DNA of 63,918 bases, counting the filler, from Hausera hauseri (taxonomy: Eukaryota): the NCBI GenBank assembly GCA_046269625.1. It is 12 parts of 12 records of this genome, joined end to end, with 100 filler letters (N's around TTAATTAATTAA, not from the genome) between each part and the next. Parts side by side here need not be neighbours in the genome. Positions count along the whole stretch, not along the records: positions 10,685 to 16,575 come from JBJURY010173194.1; positions 16,676 to 22,677 come from JBJURY010155310.1; 10 more parts are not named here. One strand, given 5' to 3'. Positions 11,739 through 22,777 of this stretch are shown piece after piece. The position numbers were made by a program, and so were the translations under genes. How positions within the stretch are numbered: position 1 is the first letter of the stretch; each line of letters opens with the position of its first letter. Below the pieces are notes generated by a model. That model ran no database searches, was not told the DNA's origin, and saw nothing but the letters and a program-made list of their open reading frames with translations.

Positions 11739-14700
11739 TCACTTGACGCTGGGGTGGAAACGAACTACTCGTCCAGAGCGTGTTCTGTATTCCTTTATTG
11801 GTGGCTCTGCCATCGCATCATCTACCTTGTGAGTATCTTTTTTTGTTTCAATGTTTGGTTTTTGATCATCAATTGGAAGTAAATAAGCGGGTTTTAATCT
11901 ATCTATATTAACCGGAACAACACGATCTTTCATTTTTACATTAAATACTTTTTTGTTTCTTTTAATTACTGGATAAGGACCTTCATATGGCTGTTGTAAA
12001 CTTTTTTTAATTGTATCAATTCTTACAAAAACATGTGTACATGTGTTTAATTCCTTAGAAACAAAAATTGTATTTTGACGATTTATGCGTTCTCTAGGTG
12101 GAAGTATATTGTGCATTGTCTCTCGTAATCTACCAACTAGTGTAGCGGGGTCAGGAATTTCTTTTTTAGGAGAGAAAAATTCTCCCGGTAACCTGATTGT
12201 CTCGCCATATAAAGCTTCAGCTGGTGTTCCTTGCAAGTCTTCCTTCCATACCGCTCTAAAACCGAGTAATATGGTGGGGATAGCTATGGACCAGCTATTT
12301 TCTCCTCTTGCCATAATTGCGGCTTTAAGTTGCCTATGAAATCTCTCGACTTGGCCATTTGAGGCAGGGTGGAAAGCTGTTGTACGACACCTATGAATCC
12401 CTAGTAATTTTGTTAATTCTGTAAATAAAGAGGACTCAAACTGCCTTCCTTGGTCAGTTGTTATACGAAGAGGTGTACCAAATCTAGCTATCCAGCCCGC
12501 ATAAAATGTAGATGCAACTGTATTTGCCGTTATGTCACTAAGAGGAAAAACTTCAGGCCATTTGGAATAACGATCGACACACGTTAGACAATATCTAAAA
12601 CCTTCGGATGGTGGCAATGGACCTACAATGTCAATATGAACATGTTCGAAACGGGAACTCGGAGGTGTAAATTTTCCGAATTCACTCCTAGTGTGTCTCG
12701 AAATTTTGCTTTTTTGACACTGTATACATGCTTGAGTCCATGCTTTAATATCTTTTCGCATTGAAGGCCAAATAAAACGCTCGCTAATTAATTTAACTGA
12801 AGCGCGACCTCCTGGGTGCGAAAGAGAATGCAAACTAAAAAAGACATCTCGCCTAAAAGTTTCTGTAACATAAGGTCTAACTTGGCCTGTGGACACATCA
12901 CAATATAAAAAAGTACCGTGTTCACCAACAGGCATGGGTTTTAAATTCAAAGAGGTTTTTTTTTCTTTTGTAAAATCTCTTGAAGCTCCTTATCATTTTT
13001 TTGATCTGTAGCTAATGATTCAAAATCGACAAATGTGGTTGTATTAATTAAACTTATTTGAACACGCGAAAGGGTATCAGCTACCGTATTTTCACTTCCT
13101 TTTAAGTGTCTAATATCGGTACTAAACTGTCCTATAAAGTCTAATTGGCGTGTCTGTCGAGGAGAACATTTATCACTTTTCTGTCTAAAGGCAAATGTAA
13201 GTGGCTTGTGGTCGGTAAAAATAGTAAATGGACGACCTTCAAGCAAATGTCTAAAATGTTTAACGGCTGAAAAAATAGCTAGTAATTCTCTGTCATATGT
13301 ACTGTATTTTTTTGAGCATTTGACAGCTTTTTTGAAAAGAACACTAATGGTTGCCAGGCATTATCGACTCTCTGGTGGAGGGCCGAGCCTATAGCTACAT
13401 CTGAAGCGTCTGCTACTAAAGCCGTAACTGCGTTTTCCCTAGGATGTGCTAGTATTGCTGCATCTACCAAGTCTTTTTTACACTTTTCAAATGCACTTTT
13501 TGATGCTTCAGTCCAATCGACATCGCGTTTGTCGTTCTTTTTTGAACCCTTTAAGTAATTGTTTAAGATACTTTGAGTATCTGCTGCCTTTGGAACAAAT
13601 CTTCTATAAAAATTAATTAGCGCTAAAAAACTGCGTAATTGCTTTATTGTTTTTGGTAAAGGAAAATCTCGTATTGCGGAAATTTTTTCTGGATTAGGTT
13701 TAATACCTTCAGATGAAACTATGTGTCCAAGAAATTTCACGGAATTTTTTCCTAATTCACATTTAGATGGGTTTAATTTAATATTGAATTGTTTAAATCT
13801 TTCAAATACTAATCTTAAATGTTTTATATGTTCGTCTTCATCTTTGGACGCTATAAGAACGTCGTCAAAGTATGGTATACAAAACTGAAGTCCGCTTAAA
13901 ACATAATGAATGAACCTTTGAAAGGTAGCAGCTGCGTTACACAAGCCGAAAGGCATATATAAATATTCGTATAAACCGAATGGTGTTACCACTGCTGTCT
14001 TTGGAATATCAGCGGCCTTTACCGGAATTTGATGGTATGCTCTTGCGAGATCTAGCGTGGAGAATATTGTCTGCCCTTCCAAAATATGTAAACAGTCTTG
14101 AATATGGGGAATAGGGTACCTATCTGGTATTGTAATCCCGTTTAGGCGTCTATAGTCTCCGCATGGTCGCCAGTCACCGTTTTTCTTTTGTACCATGTGG
14201 AGTGGACTAGCCCAACTGCTTGTTGATGGACGGCATACTCCAGTAGCTACTAAATATTCAAATTCTTTTTTAGCGGCAGCTAACTTTTCTCCAAATAAAC
14301 GTCTAGGTTTTAATGCAACAGGTGGACCTTTTGTTTGAATTGAATGTTCGATTTCGTTACTAATTTCCCTTGGTGCAACACATGGTTCAACCAGTGAAGG
14401 AAATTCAGCTAAAACGCTATGAAATCGTGTATTTTCAATTATAACTTTAATGCTAGTCTCTTCTGTTGCTCTTATAAAACCGTATGTTTTAAGACCAGTC
14501 AAAGGATCAATTAAGCTAGAATTTTTTAGATCAATTAGTAAACCAAAATGCCTTAAAAAATCGGCACCTATAATTGGTTGTACTACTGTAGCTAATGTAA
14601 ACGGCCAGTGAAAATTTCTTCTTAAACCAAAATCCAACTTAAGTAGTTGTTGGCCAAATGTGGTTATTTTTGCACCATTTGCCGCGAACAATTGTAAGCG

Positions 14701-14880
14701 AGCTGGCAATTTATTAAATCTGTCAACTACGTGCGGTAAAACGGAAATATCCGCTCCAGTATCTACTAAATACTTTACTTCAGTCACTCTATCCATGATA
14801 TATAAACGATTTATTTTTGATGCGCCGTCACCCGTTACTGCGAGCGACGGCTGTGCTCGTTTTCCTGGATATAAGAACAT
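11739..14880 (-). CDS. pol: Gypsy (CsRN1-clade) Pol: protease-RT-RNase H-integrase, split into three ORFs by two frameshifts in A-runs
   Basis: Protease [37 protein letters not shown]. RNase [18 protein letters not shown]. Integrase has an HHCC zinc finger, [25 protein letters not shown] and a GPY motif. The breaks at ~13310 and ~12960 both fall in homopolymers. Confidence 0.95.
14824..14865 (-). promoter_or_regulatory. Programmed -1 ribosomal frameshift signal at the gag/pol overlap
   Basis: On the coding strand: G GAA AAC, a 7-nt spacer, then the 11-bp hairpin GCCGTCGCTCG-CAGTAA-CGGGTGACGGC. Pol is in the -1 frame relative to gag. Confidence 0.7.
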
Positions 14881-15659
14881 GGTTTAACACATTTTCGTGC
14901 ACGTTCTTTAAACTTAAAATGATACCAGCACTGGCTGCTTTTATTCGCGGTTGGACTTTTTATTTTATAAGAAGAAGAATGAATTCTACTAGGGCTTCTA
15001 AGTTTTTGTGGACTTCGAGACTTTCTTTGAAATTGAGCTTCTAATCTAGCTAATCGTGTAGAAATATCATTTAAAGTACTGCTAATATTTGTGTTATCTG
15101 ATGATACTGTTTGTATGTTTAAAGTACCTGTACTTACGGCCAAAATACCGTCAGCCATTGCAGCTAATTTTTCAAGACTATCGTCTGAGACTGCCAATAT
15201 TTGTTGGACTTGAATGGGTAATCTCTGAAGAAAAAGTGATTTTAATATATCATCAGTTAGGCGATTACCTGCTTTACCACGCATCTCTAATAAGAGACGG
15301 GTAGGTTTTCGATCGCCGAGTTGTATACCAGAGATTAACTCCCTTAATCTTTGTTGGTCCGAAACAGCATATTGATCGCATAATCTTTGTTTTAAACGCG
15401 TATAGGGTTTTTGCTCGTCGGGTTTTAAAACAATATCCTCGACTAGAGCAAGTTCCTCAGGCTGTAATGCCGAAACAGTATAATAGAATTTTGTTATTTC
15501 TTCCTTTACTTTTGCTAAATGAAACTGACCTTCAAGTTGACAGAACCAAACTTCGGGTTTAGCTTTCCAAAAGGGGGGAATTTTTACCGCCACATGTTGG
15601 ATATTAGCCTGTGGCTCTGAAACATTCAAAGTGTCACTTTTTATTTCACTTTCAGCCAT
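14835..15659 (-). CDS. gag: Gag (CsRN1-type, CHCC zinc motif), 274 aa
   Basis: [39 protein letters not shown] and C-terminal [18 protein letters not shown] (Cx2Hx9Cx3C). Confidence 0.93.
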   Translation of the reverse strand: MAESEIKSDTLNVSEPQANIQHVAVKIPPFWKAKPEVWFCQLEGQFHLAKVKEEITKFYYTVSALQPEELALVEDIVLKPDEQKPYTRLKQRLCDQYAVSDQQRLRELISGIQLGDRKPTRLLLEMRGKAGNRLTDDILKSLFLQRLPIQVQQILAVSDDSLEKLAAMADGILAVSTGTLNIQTVSSDNTNISSTLNDISTRLARLEAQFQRKSRSPQKLRSPSRIHSSSYKIKSPTANKSSQCWYHFKFKERARKCVKPCSYIQENEHSRRSQ

Positions 15660-16289
15660 AATTACTCAAATAACTAGAAAACTAATGTAGTATTTACACT
15701 TTAAGTAAGTAACTTTTAGGTCAATGAAGTTTAATTTAGAGGAAGATTTAAATTTAAATTTTTTTTTTTTAAGTTATTTCGTTAAATTGGTGTAATTTAA
15801 AGATTTTGTGGTTTGAGAATAGAATAAGGTTTTAATACTCACTAAGATGCTTCTTTGGCATTTGCTACTTCACAATATTTGGCGTCGAAGGGAACCAAAC
15901 CATACACCGATATGAGAACTCACAAAATAGCTTCTACAGATGCACGGCACAACAGTCGCTTTTTTTTTATATTCACTTTTTCCTTCATGGTTGTTAGTCC
16001 ACTAGTATGAAGACAATTAATTTGTTAAATCTCTCGAGTTGTATCACTACTTGTTCTGGAACATAGGATTACTGACTGTCCTTGAATGTAGGATAATCAT
16101 TCTGTTGTAGAATGCTGGTTTACCGCTCTGTTGTAGAATACATGGTAGCTATTCCATTCCTGGAAGCAGGTTCACCTTGCCACAGTTGAATATACAGTCA
16201 CAATTTTGTTGCTGGACAAAAAGTTACTATTTTTTTGTTGAGCACAAGGTTACCGTTTCTTTCCCAAGCAGAAAGTAAGTCTTTCTTTA

Positions 16290-16575
16290 GTGGAGGGGCA
16301 ATCATTTCCTTAGTGGAGGGGTTACCATTTCTTTAAAGTAGAGGTCATCAATTCCCGAATGTAGAGGTATGTAGATGTCACCAAGTTCAAATGTAGAGGT
16401 AGCCAATTTAAGCGTAGAGGTAGCCGAAACGTCCGAGGTAGTCAATTCAAGCGTAGAGGTAGCCAATTCAAATGTCCAAGGTAGTCAGTTCAAACGTAGA
16501 GGTCGCCATTTCTAACGTCCAAGGTAATTAGTTCAAACGTCCTGGGTCGCCATTTCTAACGTCCAAGGTAATCAG
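16290..16575 (-). repeat. Degenerate ~21-22-bp tandem array in the retrotransposon leader
   Basis: Alternating units such as GTAGAGGTAGCCAATTCAAAT and GTCCAAGGTAGTCAGTTCAAAC; the array runs off the contig end. Confidence 0.8.
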
Positions 16576-16792
16576 NNNNNNNNNNNNNNNNNNNNNNNNN
16601 NNNNNNNNNNNNNNNNNNNTTAATTAATTAANNNNNNNNNNNNNNNNNNNNNNNNNNNNNNNNNNNNNNNNNNNNAGCAGCGCCCTTTCATCAATTGGTC
16701 GTAGCTCCATCAGTCAAGACCAACCCCGACTGAATTGAACAACTTCCCCACTAACATCTCGCCGCAAATCTGGCCAGCGGCGAGCGGTTGAT

Positions 16793-16820
16793 TGTCCCCA
16801 CGGCGCGCGCCGTGGAGACA
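16793..16820 (-). terminator. GC-rich hairpin after the last phage-like gene (terminator-like)
   Basis: The near-perfect palindrome TGTCCCCACGGCGCGCGCCGTGGAGACA lies about 10 nt past the stop at 16830. There is no U-tract. Confidence 0.5.
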
Positions 16821-16829
16821 GGCCAGAAC

Positions 16830-18305
16830 TCAGAAAGACCAATTCCGCAAAAATTTCAGCCGCGTCTCACCCACGGCTCCCGTCTGCGTATACCCGCACG
16901 CGCCGACGCGGAGCGGGTCAGCGCTCGTGCATTGCGATCCGGATGCAACGATTTCCGTCCAGCCCGCTTCAGCAGCCGGGTCAGTCCCACCGTTGTTATA
17001 GAACGTCTGGAACCCGGCGCCAATACGGCGCAGGCGCACGTAAATATAACTCGCGCTGGCAACGCCAGTCGCCGTCGTCTCGGCGACGGTCGAAGCCGCG
17101 TGTTCATCGAGGCGAATCGGGATGGCATTCGTCCCGTTGTCCTTGTCCCCGACATACACGCCCAACCCAGACGACGGATGCCGCGCGCCGACGAGCGCGC
17201 GCCGGATCGCGCTGCCTGAGCCAGCGTCGCAGCGCAAACGCGCCCAAATGTCGAAATCCCCAGCCACCAACTGATATAGCAGCCGGCCAGCGCTCGGCAG
17301 CGTTCCCGATGGCGGAGTTTGCGTCAGTTCACCGCTCGACGCTTCCACACTCCAGCCCGCGGACGTGGTCGACCAATATGAATCGATCACGCCATACGCG
17401 AACTCGTCCGCCAACGGACGGAAATACTCGACAACGATGCAGTGACGCCGCGCCACATCATTGGACGGAAAGTGAATCTGAAGTACATAGAAGAGCCGGC
17501 CATCATAAAAGTCTTCGAGGATATCGCCGACCTCGATGTCGGCCGACCTTGGAGCTTTCACCAGACCGGTCACACCCTCTTCGACTTGGCCGCGAGCGAC
17601 GATCTGCGGAGCGCCAGCGGACTGCGCATAGATCGTGACCCACGCCGGGTTCACAACGCACGAGCTCACATTCCCCAGCCGATGCCGGGTGAATTTTGTC
17701 CGGGGGCCGCGATGGGTTATCGCGGTCGAAGCAGTCACGGCGCCACCCGATCCGCCGCCCGATCCGCCAGACAGAGCATCAGTGCACTCGAAATTGTCGA
17801 AATCAGGGTGCTTGCTGAGAACGTTGGAATAGGCGATCAGCCCGGGCTTGCCAGAAGAGTGCGTAGTATCAGTCTGCGTGATCCGAAGCACGCCCCCGAC
17901 GTGGACAGTGATCGTTGTCCCCGCGCACGTCAGTTTGATGGTTGTCGGCGTTTGCTCGGCAATCCCAGCAGCATAGTCGGCAATGAACGTCGCCGACCCG
18001 GCAACTATTTTGTACAACTCGACGGCGCCCGCATTCACACGGGCCCAATACCCATTACCAGAGGCATCAAGACGGGCTCCGACCCCGCCAATTGAATCTC
18101 CGGTTACCTCATCCACCCATTCACAGTCAGCCTGCGAATAGTGGTCATCCGGGAAAGAACTTTCAGCACGGCGAACCGTCGTGTCCGCATAGAGCGATAC
18201 GCCGCGCGCCGTCGCGCTGCCCTGCGTCACCCACATCGACCCGGAAACAACTTCCCAGTTGCCGTTATCGAACGTGGATCGGTTAAAGTCATCTGGAATA
18301 GCCAT
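16830..18305 (-). CDS. Phage-like virion protein: ConA/LamG-like domain, Gly-Ser linker, head-closure-like domain, second ConA-like domain
   Basis: 491-aa GC-rich ORF. It starts DDFNRS and has YWARV...IKLTCAGTTITVHVGG...GKPGL...DFDNF (lectin fold). A SGGSGGGSGG linker is followed by ADIEVGDILEDFYDGRLFYVLQI. The C-terminus has GDFDIWARL...YVRLRRIG...LRVG. Confidence 0.65.
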   Translation of the reverse strand: MAIPDDFNRSTFDNGNWEVVSGSMWVTQGSATARGVSLYADTTVRRAESSFPDDHYSQADCEWVDEVTGDSIGGVGARLDASGNGYWARVNAGAVELYKIVAGSATFIADYAAGIAEQTPTTIKLTCAGTTITVHVGGVLRITQTDTTHSSGKPGLIAYSNVLSKHPDFDNFECTDALSGGSGGGSGGAVTASTAITHRGPRTKFTRHRLGNVSSCVVNPAWVTIYAQSAGAPQIVARGQVEEGVTGLVKAPRSADIEVGDILEDFYDGRLFYVLQIHFPSNDVARRHCIVVEYFRPLADEFAYGVIDSYWSTTSAGWSVEASSGELTQTPPSGTLPSAGRLLYQLVAGDFDIWARLRCDAGSGSAIRRALVGARHPSSGLGVYVGDKDNGTNAIPIRLDEHAASTVAETTATGVASASYIYVRLRRIGAGFQTFYNNGGTDPAAEAGWTEIVASGSQCTSADPLRVGACGYTQTGAVGETRLKFLRNWSF

Positions 18306-18645
18306 CAGGATTTCGCGCGCTCTGAAGCCTGGGGCTTCAGGCCAGCCGTCCGGGCCTCATTGGCTGGTATCGCAGGATCGGTTTTGAGCGAGTAGGTCTT
18401 GACCGTCGCGCCAGGCATCGCGCCGAATTCAGCTTGCACCAATGCGAACTGCGCGGCAGTGAGCGCNNNNNNNNNNACCAGTAATGACTTGCAGCCTTGG
18501 CCACGTCGCCATCAGCGTTCAGCCCCACCGTGAAAGTGCGCTCGCCGCCAACAGAATCAACGCTCGCTTTCATCAAAGCGTTTGCCGGCAGCGCCTCAGC
18601 AGCTGGAATAATGATCAACACTCGGTGGACATATAAGGTTGCCAT
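18305..18645 (-). CDS. Hypothetical phage protein (~113 aa; frame broken by a 10-N gap)
   Basis: After the gap the frame ALTAAQFALVQAEFGAMPGATVKTYSLK...SERAKS* ends in a TGATG overlap with the next start at 18305. The start at 18645 also overlaps the upstream stop. Confidence 0.7.
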
Positions 18646-19370
18646 CAGAACAAGGCGTACTTCGAGTTGAGATAGGTTTCGACGGACTGCCTATCCGTTG
18701 TCCCCAGGTTGGTGTTATACACCAGAATCTCAGCGATATCGCCGCCAAGAATGTTGCCGCTATCAGCGGACGCACCAACTGCTAAACTCTTCGAATTCGA
18801 CAACGTGCGCGACTCCGTGCCAGCCCCCCCTGCGGTTCCGTCGAGGTAGGTCTTGAGCTGGTTCGCGCCAGTGCCCTCGCGAACCACGCAAATCAATTTG
18901 AATTCAGCCCCAACAGGGCCAATCGTGATATCAGATGAGCCATTCCAATAGAGATAATTGGTCGCATCACAATAGAGAAAGACTCCATTGTCCGCTGCTG
19001 CCGCGTTGTCCTTGCAAATCAGCACGTCAGTCCCACCCGACGTGACCTTCGCCACCACGAACGCGGAAAAATTGCCCGTGCCAAAATCAAAGTCCGCGTC
19101 ATCGGCGCGCGTCAGCGCGTCATCGACATCGTCCCAGCGCACAACCGGCTTGCCATTCAACTCCGCCGTCTGGAGCGTGGGCTTCGCGGAACTGGTCGCC
19201 TGCAACACATCGTTCGTCGCCGAACCACTGTCGGCCCACGTCCCTACAGGATCGCCGTCTGACAGGCCGAGGGAATCAGCCTTCAGCCAGAGAACCAATC
19301 CAGAAAGCTGATCGGGGGAGAATGCAGCGGCGCCTTTCCCCGCGCCAAGCAAAAGCATGTCACGGCTCAC
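18645..19370 (-). CDS. LamG/concanavalin A-like beta-sandwich protein (phage tail/decoration type)
   Basis: GLVLWLKAD..L..GDPVGTWAD.G...NGKPVVRWD..DD...GDIAEILVYNTNL....RQSVETYLNSKY is a typical LamG-like pattern. Confidence 0.8.
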   Translation of the reverse strand: MSRDMLLLGAGKGAAAFSPDQLSGLVLWLKADSLGLSDGDPVGTWADSGSATNDVLQATSSAKPTLQTAELNGKPVVRWDDVDDALTRADDADFDFGTGNFSAFVVAKVTSGGTDVLICKDNAAAADNGVFLYCDATNYLYWNGSSDITIGPVGAEFKLICVVREGTGANQLKTYLDGTAGGAGTESRTLSNSKSLAVGASADSGNILGGDIAEILVYNTNLGTTDRQSVETYLNSKYALF

Positions 19371-19537
19371 TTCCCAGCCTCCCGATCGTGGATCTCCTCC
19401 AGTCGCGCGATCCGTTTATCGTGATACCTGATTTGCTCTTCGAGTCGCGCCAGCGCCACACGCACGCCCCAGAACGCGCCGAGCGCCGACACTACGCCGG
19501 AAAGCAACGACATCACGATAGGAATCCAAGTTTGCAT
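19367..19537 (-). CDS. Small membrane protein, holin/XhlA-like (56 aa; below the ORF-track cutoff)
   Basis: MQTWIPIVMSLLSGVVSALGAFWGVRVALARLEEQIRYHDKRIARLEEIHDREAGK* has one TM helix plus a coiled coil. Its stop overlaps the next GTG start (GTGA). Confidence 0.6.
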   Translation of the reverse strand: MQTWIPIVMSLLSGVVSALGAFWGVRVALARLEEQIRYHDKRIARLEEIHDREAGK

Positions 19538-19543
19538 GGCTCA

Positions 19544-20030
19544 TCAGAAGCGAACGCCAACGCCGGCGCCCAAACGCGTGTAGCGCACGGGACGCTCATC
19601 GATCCATTGAAAGTCCACCTGCGCGGGCCGCACGAAATACCTGCCAAAATTCACATCCAAGCCGCCGCCGGCACTGACTGTTACTCGGTCAAAGTTAGCC
19701 ATCGTCGCGGCATCGAAGCGCGTCGAGCCGAACAGCGCGCGGCCGAACACGGCAACGCGATCCTCGGCGCCGAGATTGCGACCGACTGAGAGGCCGCCGA
19801 GAAACTGAACGCGATTGAGAAGGTCATTCGTGTCGTCGTGGTAGGAGAAGTCAGCCACGGCGCCGATGCGCCACTTCCCTACCTCGGCGACCTTGTAATC
19901 AGCTGACAGATTTCCGCCTGGCAGGTTCTGGAACGCAACATTCAGGTTCTGGAACGTGCCAGTAATTTTCACGGTGTCTTGCGCCATCGCACCAACAGCG
20001 CAGAAAAGCAAAAGCAAAAAGACTCCAAGT
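19544..20030 (-). CDS. Outer-membrane beta-barrel protein (8-strand OmpW/Ail-like), true start lost at the junction
   Basis: Signal peptide KLGVFLLLLFCAVGAMA|Q, alternating beta strands, AGGGLDVNF and a C-terminal GAGVGVRF with terminal Phe. Confidence 0.8.
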
Positions 20031-20328
20031 TTAAATAATATTTTACTGCAACGCCACATAACTGAAACTTTGTCTTGTAACCTTAAGAGTCAGGCCCAAG
20101 ATGCAGCTCCACCATCACGCAGCAGACCAGAGTGGGCAGGTAAGATTACTCATTGACTGAATATTATATTATAATTATAATTTAAATAATATTATGATGC
20201 GAAGCCACATAACTGAATCTTTGTCTTGTAGCCCTGAAGAGTCAGGAGCAAGATGCAGCTCCACATCACGCAGCAGCACAGAGTGGGCAGGTAAGATTAT
20301 TCATTAACTGAATATTATTATAATTATC
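20030..20328 (+). repeat. Two ~150-bp tandem units, each with a short exon-like segment (…TGTAG|…GGGCAG|GTAAG)
   Basis: Direct repeat 20030-20180 / 20181-20328. AT-rich, eukaryote-like. The first copy differs by scattered substitutions and indels and lacks the AG acceptor. Confidence 0.8.
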
Positions 20329-21454
20329 TAATGAAGAGGATGAGTCTGGTGAAGACCTGCTCTACATGAAAAGTGCCCTGAGATGTTAAATGATTCAACC
20401 CTTTAATGAAACTGGCCTGAATTGATCATAAGGCTTTGTAAAAAGGGGAGATTTGTGTTGAGTTATGACAATTTTTAAAATGTGGTTTAGTGTCAGGAGC
20501 AGAGCCAGGAGTGATGAGGGGATTGTTCCTGTCAGTATGAAAGAACAGGTGAGCTGTTGTAACTGTGTGAACAAGTATTAGTTCCAATATAAACACTTTC
20601 TAAACAACAGTAGTGACTCGTTATATTATTATCATTAAGAGTAAGATAGTAAATACATAAAGCCTGCAATGAAAGTATGAAAGTAATATGAAATAAGCCT
20701 GCACATTTTGCCATTGAAAATATATTAATTGGTTAAGTCAAAATGAGTTTTCCATATTAAATATACTAAAGCTTTACAGATTATTGTCCTGATGCAGGCT
20801 CAATAAATTTAGTCCTCTGGACAGATTCTTCTTTGTATCAAAAAGATTTCTTCAGTCTGAGGAGCTGAGACAAACTCAGTCATCGTTCCTCCTCGATAGA
20901 GAGGAACGATGGTTTGAGAGAGGAGAGAAGGAGGCCATCTTTGTGAAAAGAAACCGTCCATCATTAAACAGAGGTGGAGGCCTCCGTGTTCAACTGTCCC
21001 CCTCTTACAATGCTGTTATTGCCAGTATCTTACCGTTCATATAAAATATTTGATAATGTTCTTATAGAAACAATTCTTGAATAATGTTCACACTGTGTTA
21101 ATGCTGCATGTTTGTCTCAGGCTACTTCTTGTTCTGCCATTAACTCTAAAATATTTATTGAATAGTTTACATATGTAGGTAAAACTAGAAGTTGAACAAC
21201 CCATTAAAATACACCAGAATGCAGGAAATGGCATCTATTTTATTCAAAAACTTCTGGGGGAGGACCCCCAATGGCTACCAAGCCAAGAGCCATTGTTAGC
21301 ACTGAGGTTAAGCTAAAACTAAAGGGCATGTTTTAGAATTGCCCCTGATGTAAGGTTATAATTACATGATTTTAATAATAATTGGTCGTGATCTAAAGTG
21401 GGCCACTCTGAGGCTGAAAGTCCAGGGCTGAAAATGAGTCCCACTCCGGCCCTG
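20030..21454. mobile_element. Teleost-type non-autonomous hAT-like transposon remnant
   Basis: It contains CACCAGAATGCAGGAAAT...TCTGGGGGAGGACCCC (21213-21269), a motif I recall from fish DNA transposons, and ends ...CTCCGGCCCTG (CAGGGCCGG-type terminus). Confidence 0.4.
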
Positions 21455-22080
21455 TGTGTCACTGTCATTTCTTGTTGTGTGAAATGTGTAGGCTGTAGCT
21501 TGCTGATGCTAACTGGTTAGCTGCTTAGGACAACATATTTTGTTAACAGATGAAAATATTACCGTCCACACAGAAGGCAGGGGGCACCATTTAGCAGCAA
21601 CCCGATGGCTTGCATGCAACTTAGCCGGGGGGCGGGCTGGGCTGGGTTTGCTCACCCAGGGTGCCAAATAGGCTACGACCGCCACTGGTCACAGAGACAC
21701 ATGTTGCTGAAGAAGTGACTGAGACTGAGTCAAATGCAACCAGAGATTTACTTTCTTGTGATAGTATCAGAAAAAAAAAACAGTGGAGAGGCACACAGCA
21801 GGAGGCTGCATCTTCCTGTGCAGGTGAACATGGTGAGGCAAAAGAGGGGAAACAAAAGTAAGCACAGGGAATCTGGGACCCAAAATGGACTGAAATAACT
21901 ACCACCATTAAAAAATTTAAAAAAATCCTAGAGGAAACAGAATTAGAATGCAAAAAATATCTGATTTGCTTTAGTCTCACATTACATCATTGTAGATAGT
22001 GTGAAACTATAGTTTCTGGCAATGCAGAGGAAGTAAAACTTTTAATTAAATTCTGGGTCCTCGTGTAGAGATGTGTTAAA

Positions 22081-22094
22081 GCGCCATCTACTGG
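22081..22094 (-). promoter_or_regulatory. CTCF-consensus motif
   Basis: The reverse complement CCAGTAGATGGCGC matches the CCASYAGRKGGCRS core. Binding is untested. Confidence 0.45.
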
Positions 22095-22598
22095 TAGATA
22101 TGAGTTACTAAAAATATTTAATATGGGAAGATTTATAAAAAAAAGGTTTTTGGACGAAGCAGTTCACAAGTATCATCTGTAAACTTTTTGTTTGAGAATC
22201 TAAGAATTGAGATATGGATGCATTTGCTTTTTGTTATGTATACATTTTAAAAAGTGCTCTTATTGACCTTGTGTTTTCTGTGTTTTCTGTTGAAGCTTTT
22301 GAATTCACGGCGGTCTGTTGGTCGCTCCATTTTAAATGATGAAGAATGAGGGGGTGCCAACATGCCTGATGAGTACGAGACCGACACGAAGACAAAGACA
22401 CATGGAAAGTTTATCCACCTGAATGGAGAGCAGCAAAACTAGGACATTTTAGACAGATGCCAGTACAAACTTGCTGAGCTTCAAACAAAGTCCTGCAGAA
22501 TTTTTGGCTACATCGCAGAGTGCCCAGTGGGAAATGCAGCCTGAGGCAGCCTCCAAGAAGCACCAACAACTATTTTTTTTTACAAATGAAACCGTAGG

Positions 22599-22602
<4 letters not shown>

Positions 22603-22677
<75 letters not shown>
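22603..22677 (+). repeat. (TG)n microsatellite
   Basis: Perfect dinucleotide run reaching the contig end. Confidence 0.98.
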
Positions 22678-22777
22678 NNNNNNNNNNNNNNNNNNNNNNN
22701 NNNNNNNNNNNNNNNNNNNNNTTAATTAATTAANNNNNNNNNNNNNNNNNNNNNNNNNNNNNNNNNNNNNNNNNNNN

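Noticed and set aside
12947-13320. Extra programmed frameshifts inside pol
   Set aside because: Both fall in A-homopolymers, one within the conserved RNase H motif, so sequencing error or mutation is more likely.
16788-19789. Long plus-strand ORFs (e.g. 16943-17638, 17442-18095, 19322-19789)
   Set aside because: These are Arg/Pro-rich shadow frames opposite the coupled minus-strand genes in high-GC DNA.
20020-20060. Phage-to-fish horizontal transfer as an established fact
   Set aside because: There is no decay or amelioration, the junction lies in an error-like repeat copy, and an internal N gap is nearby. A chimera is simpler until reads show otherwise.
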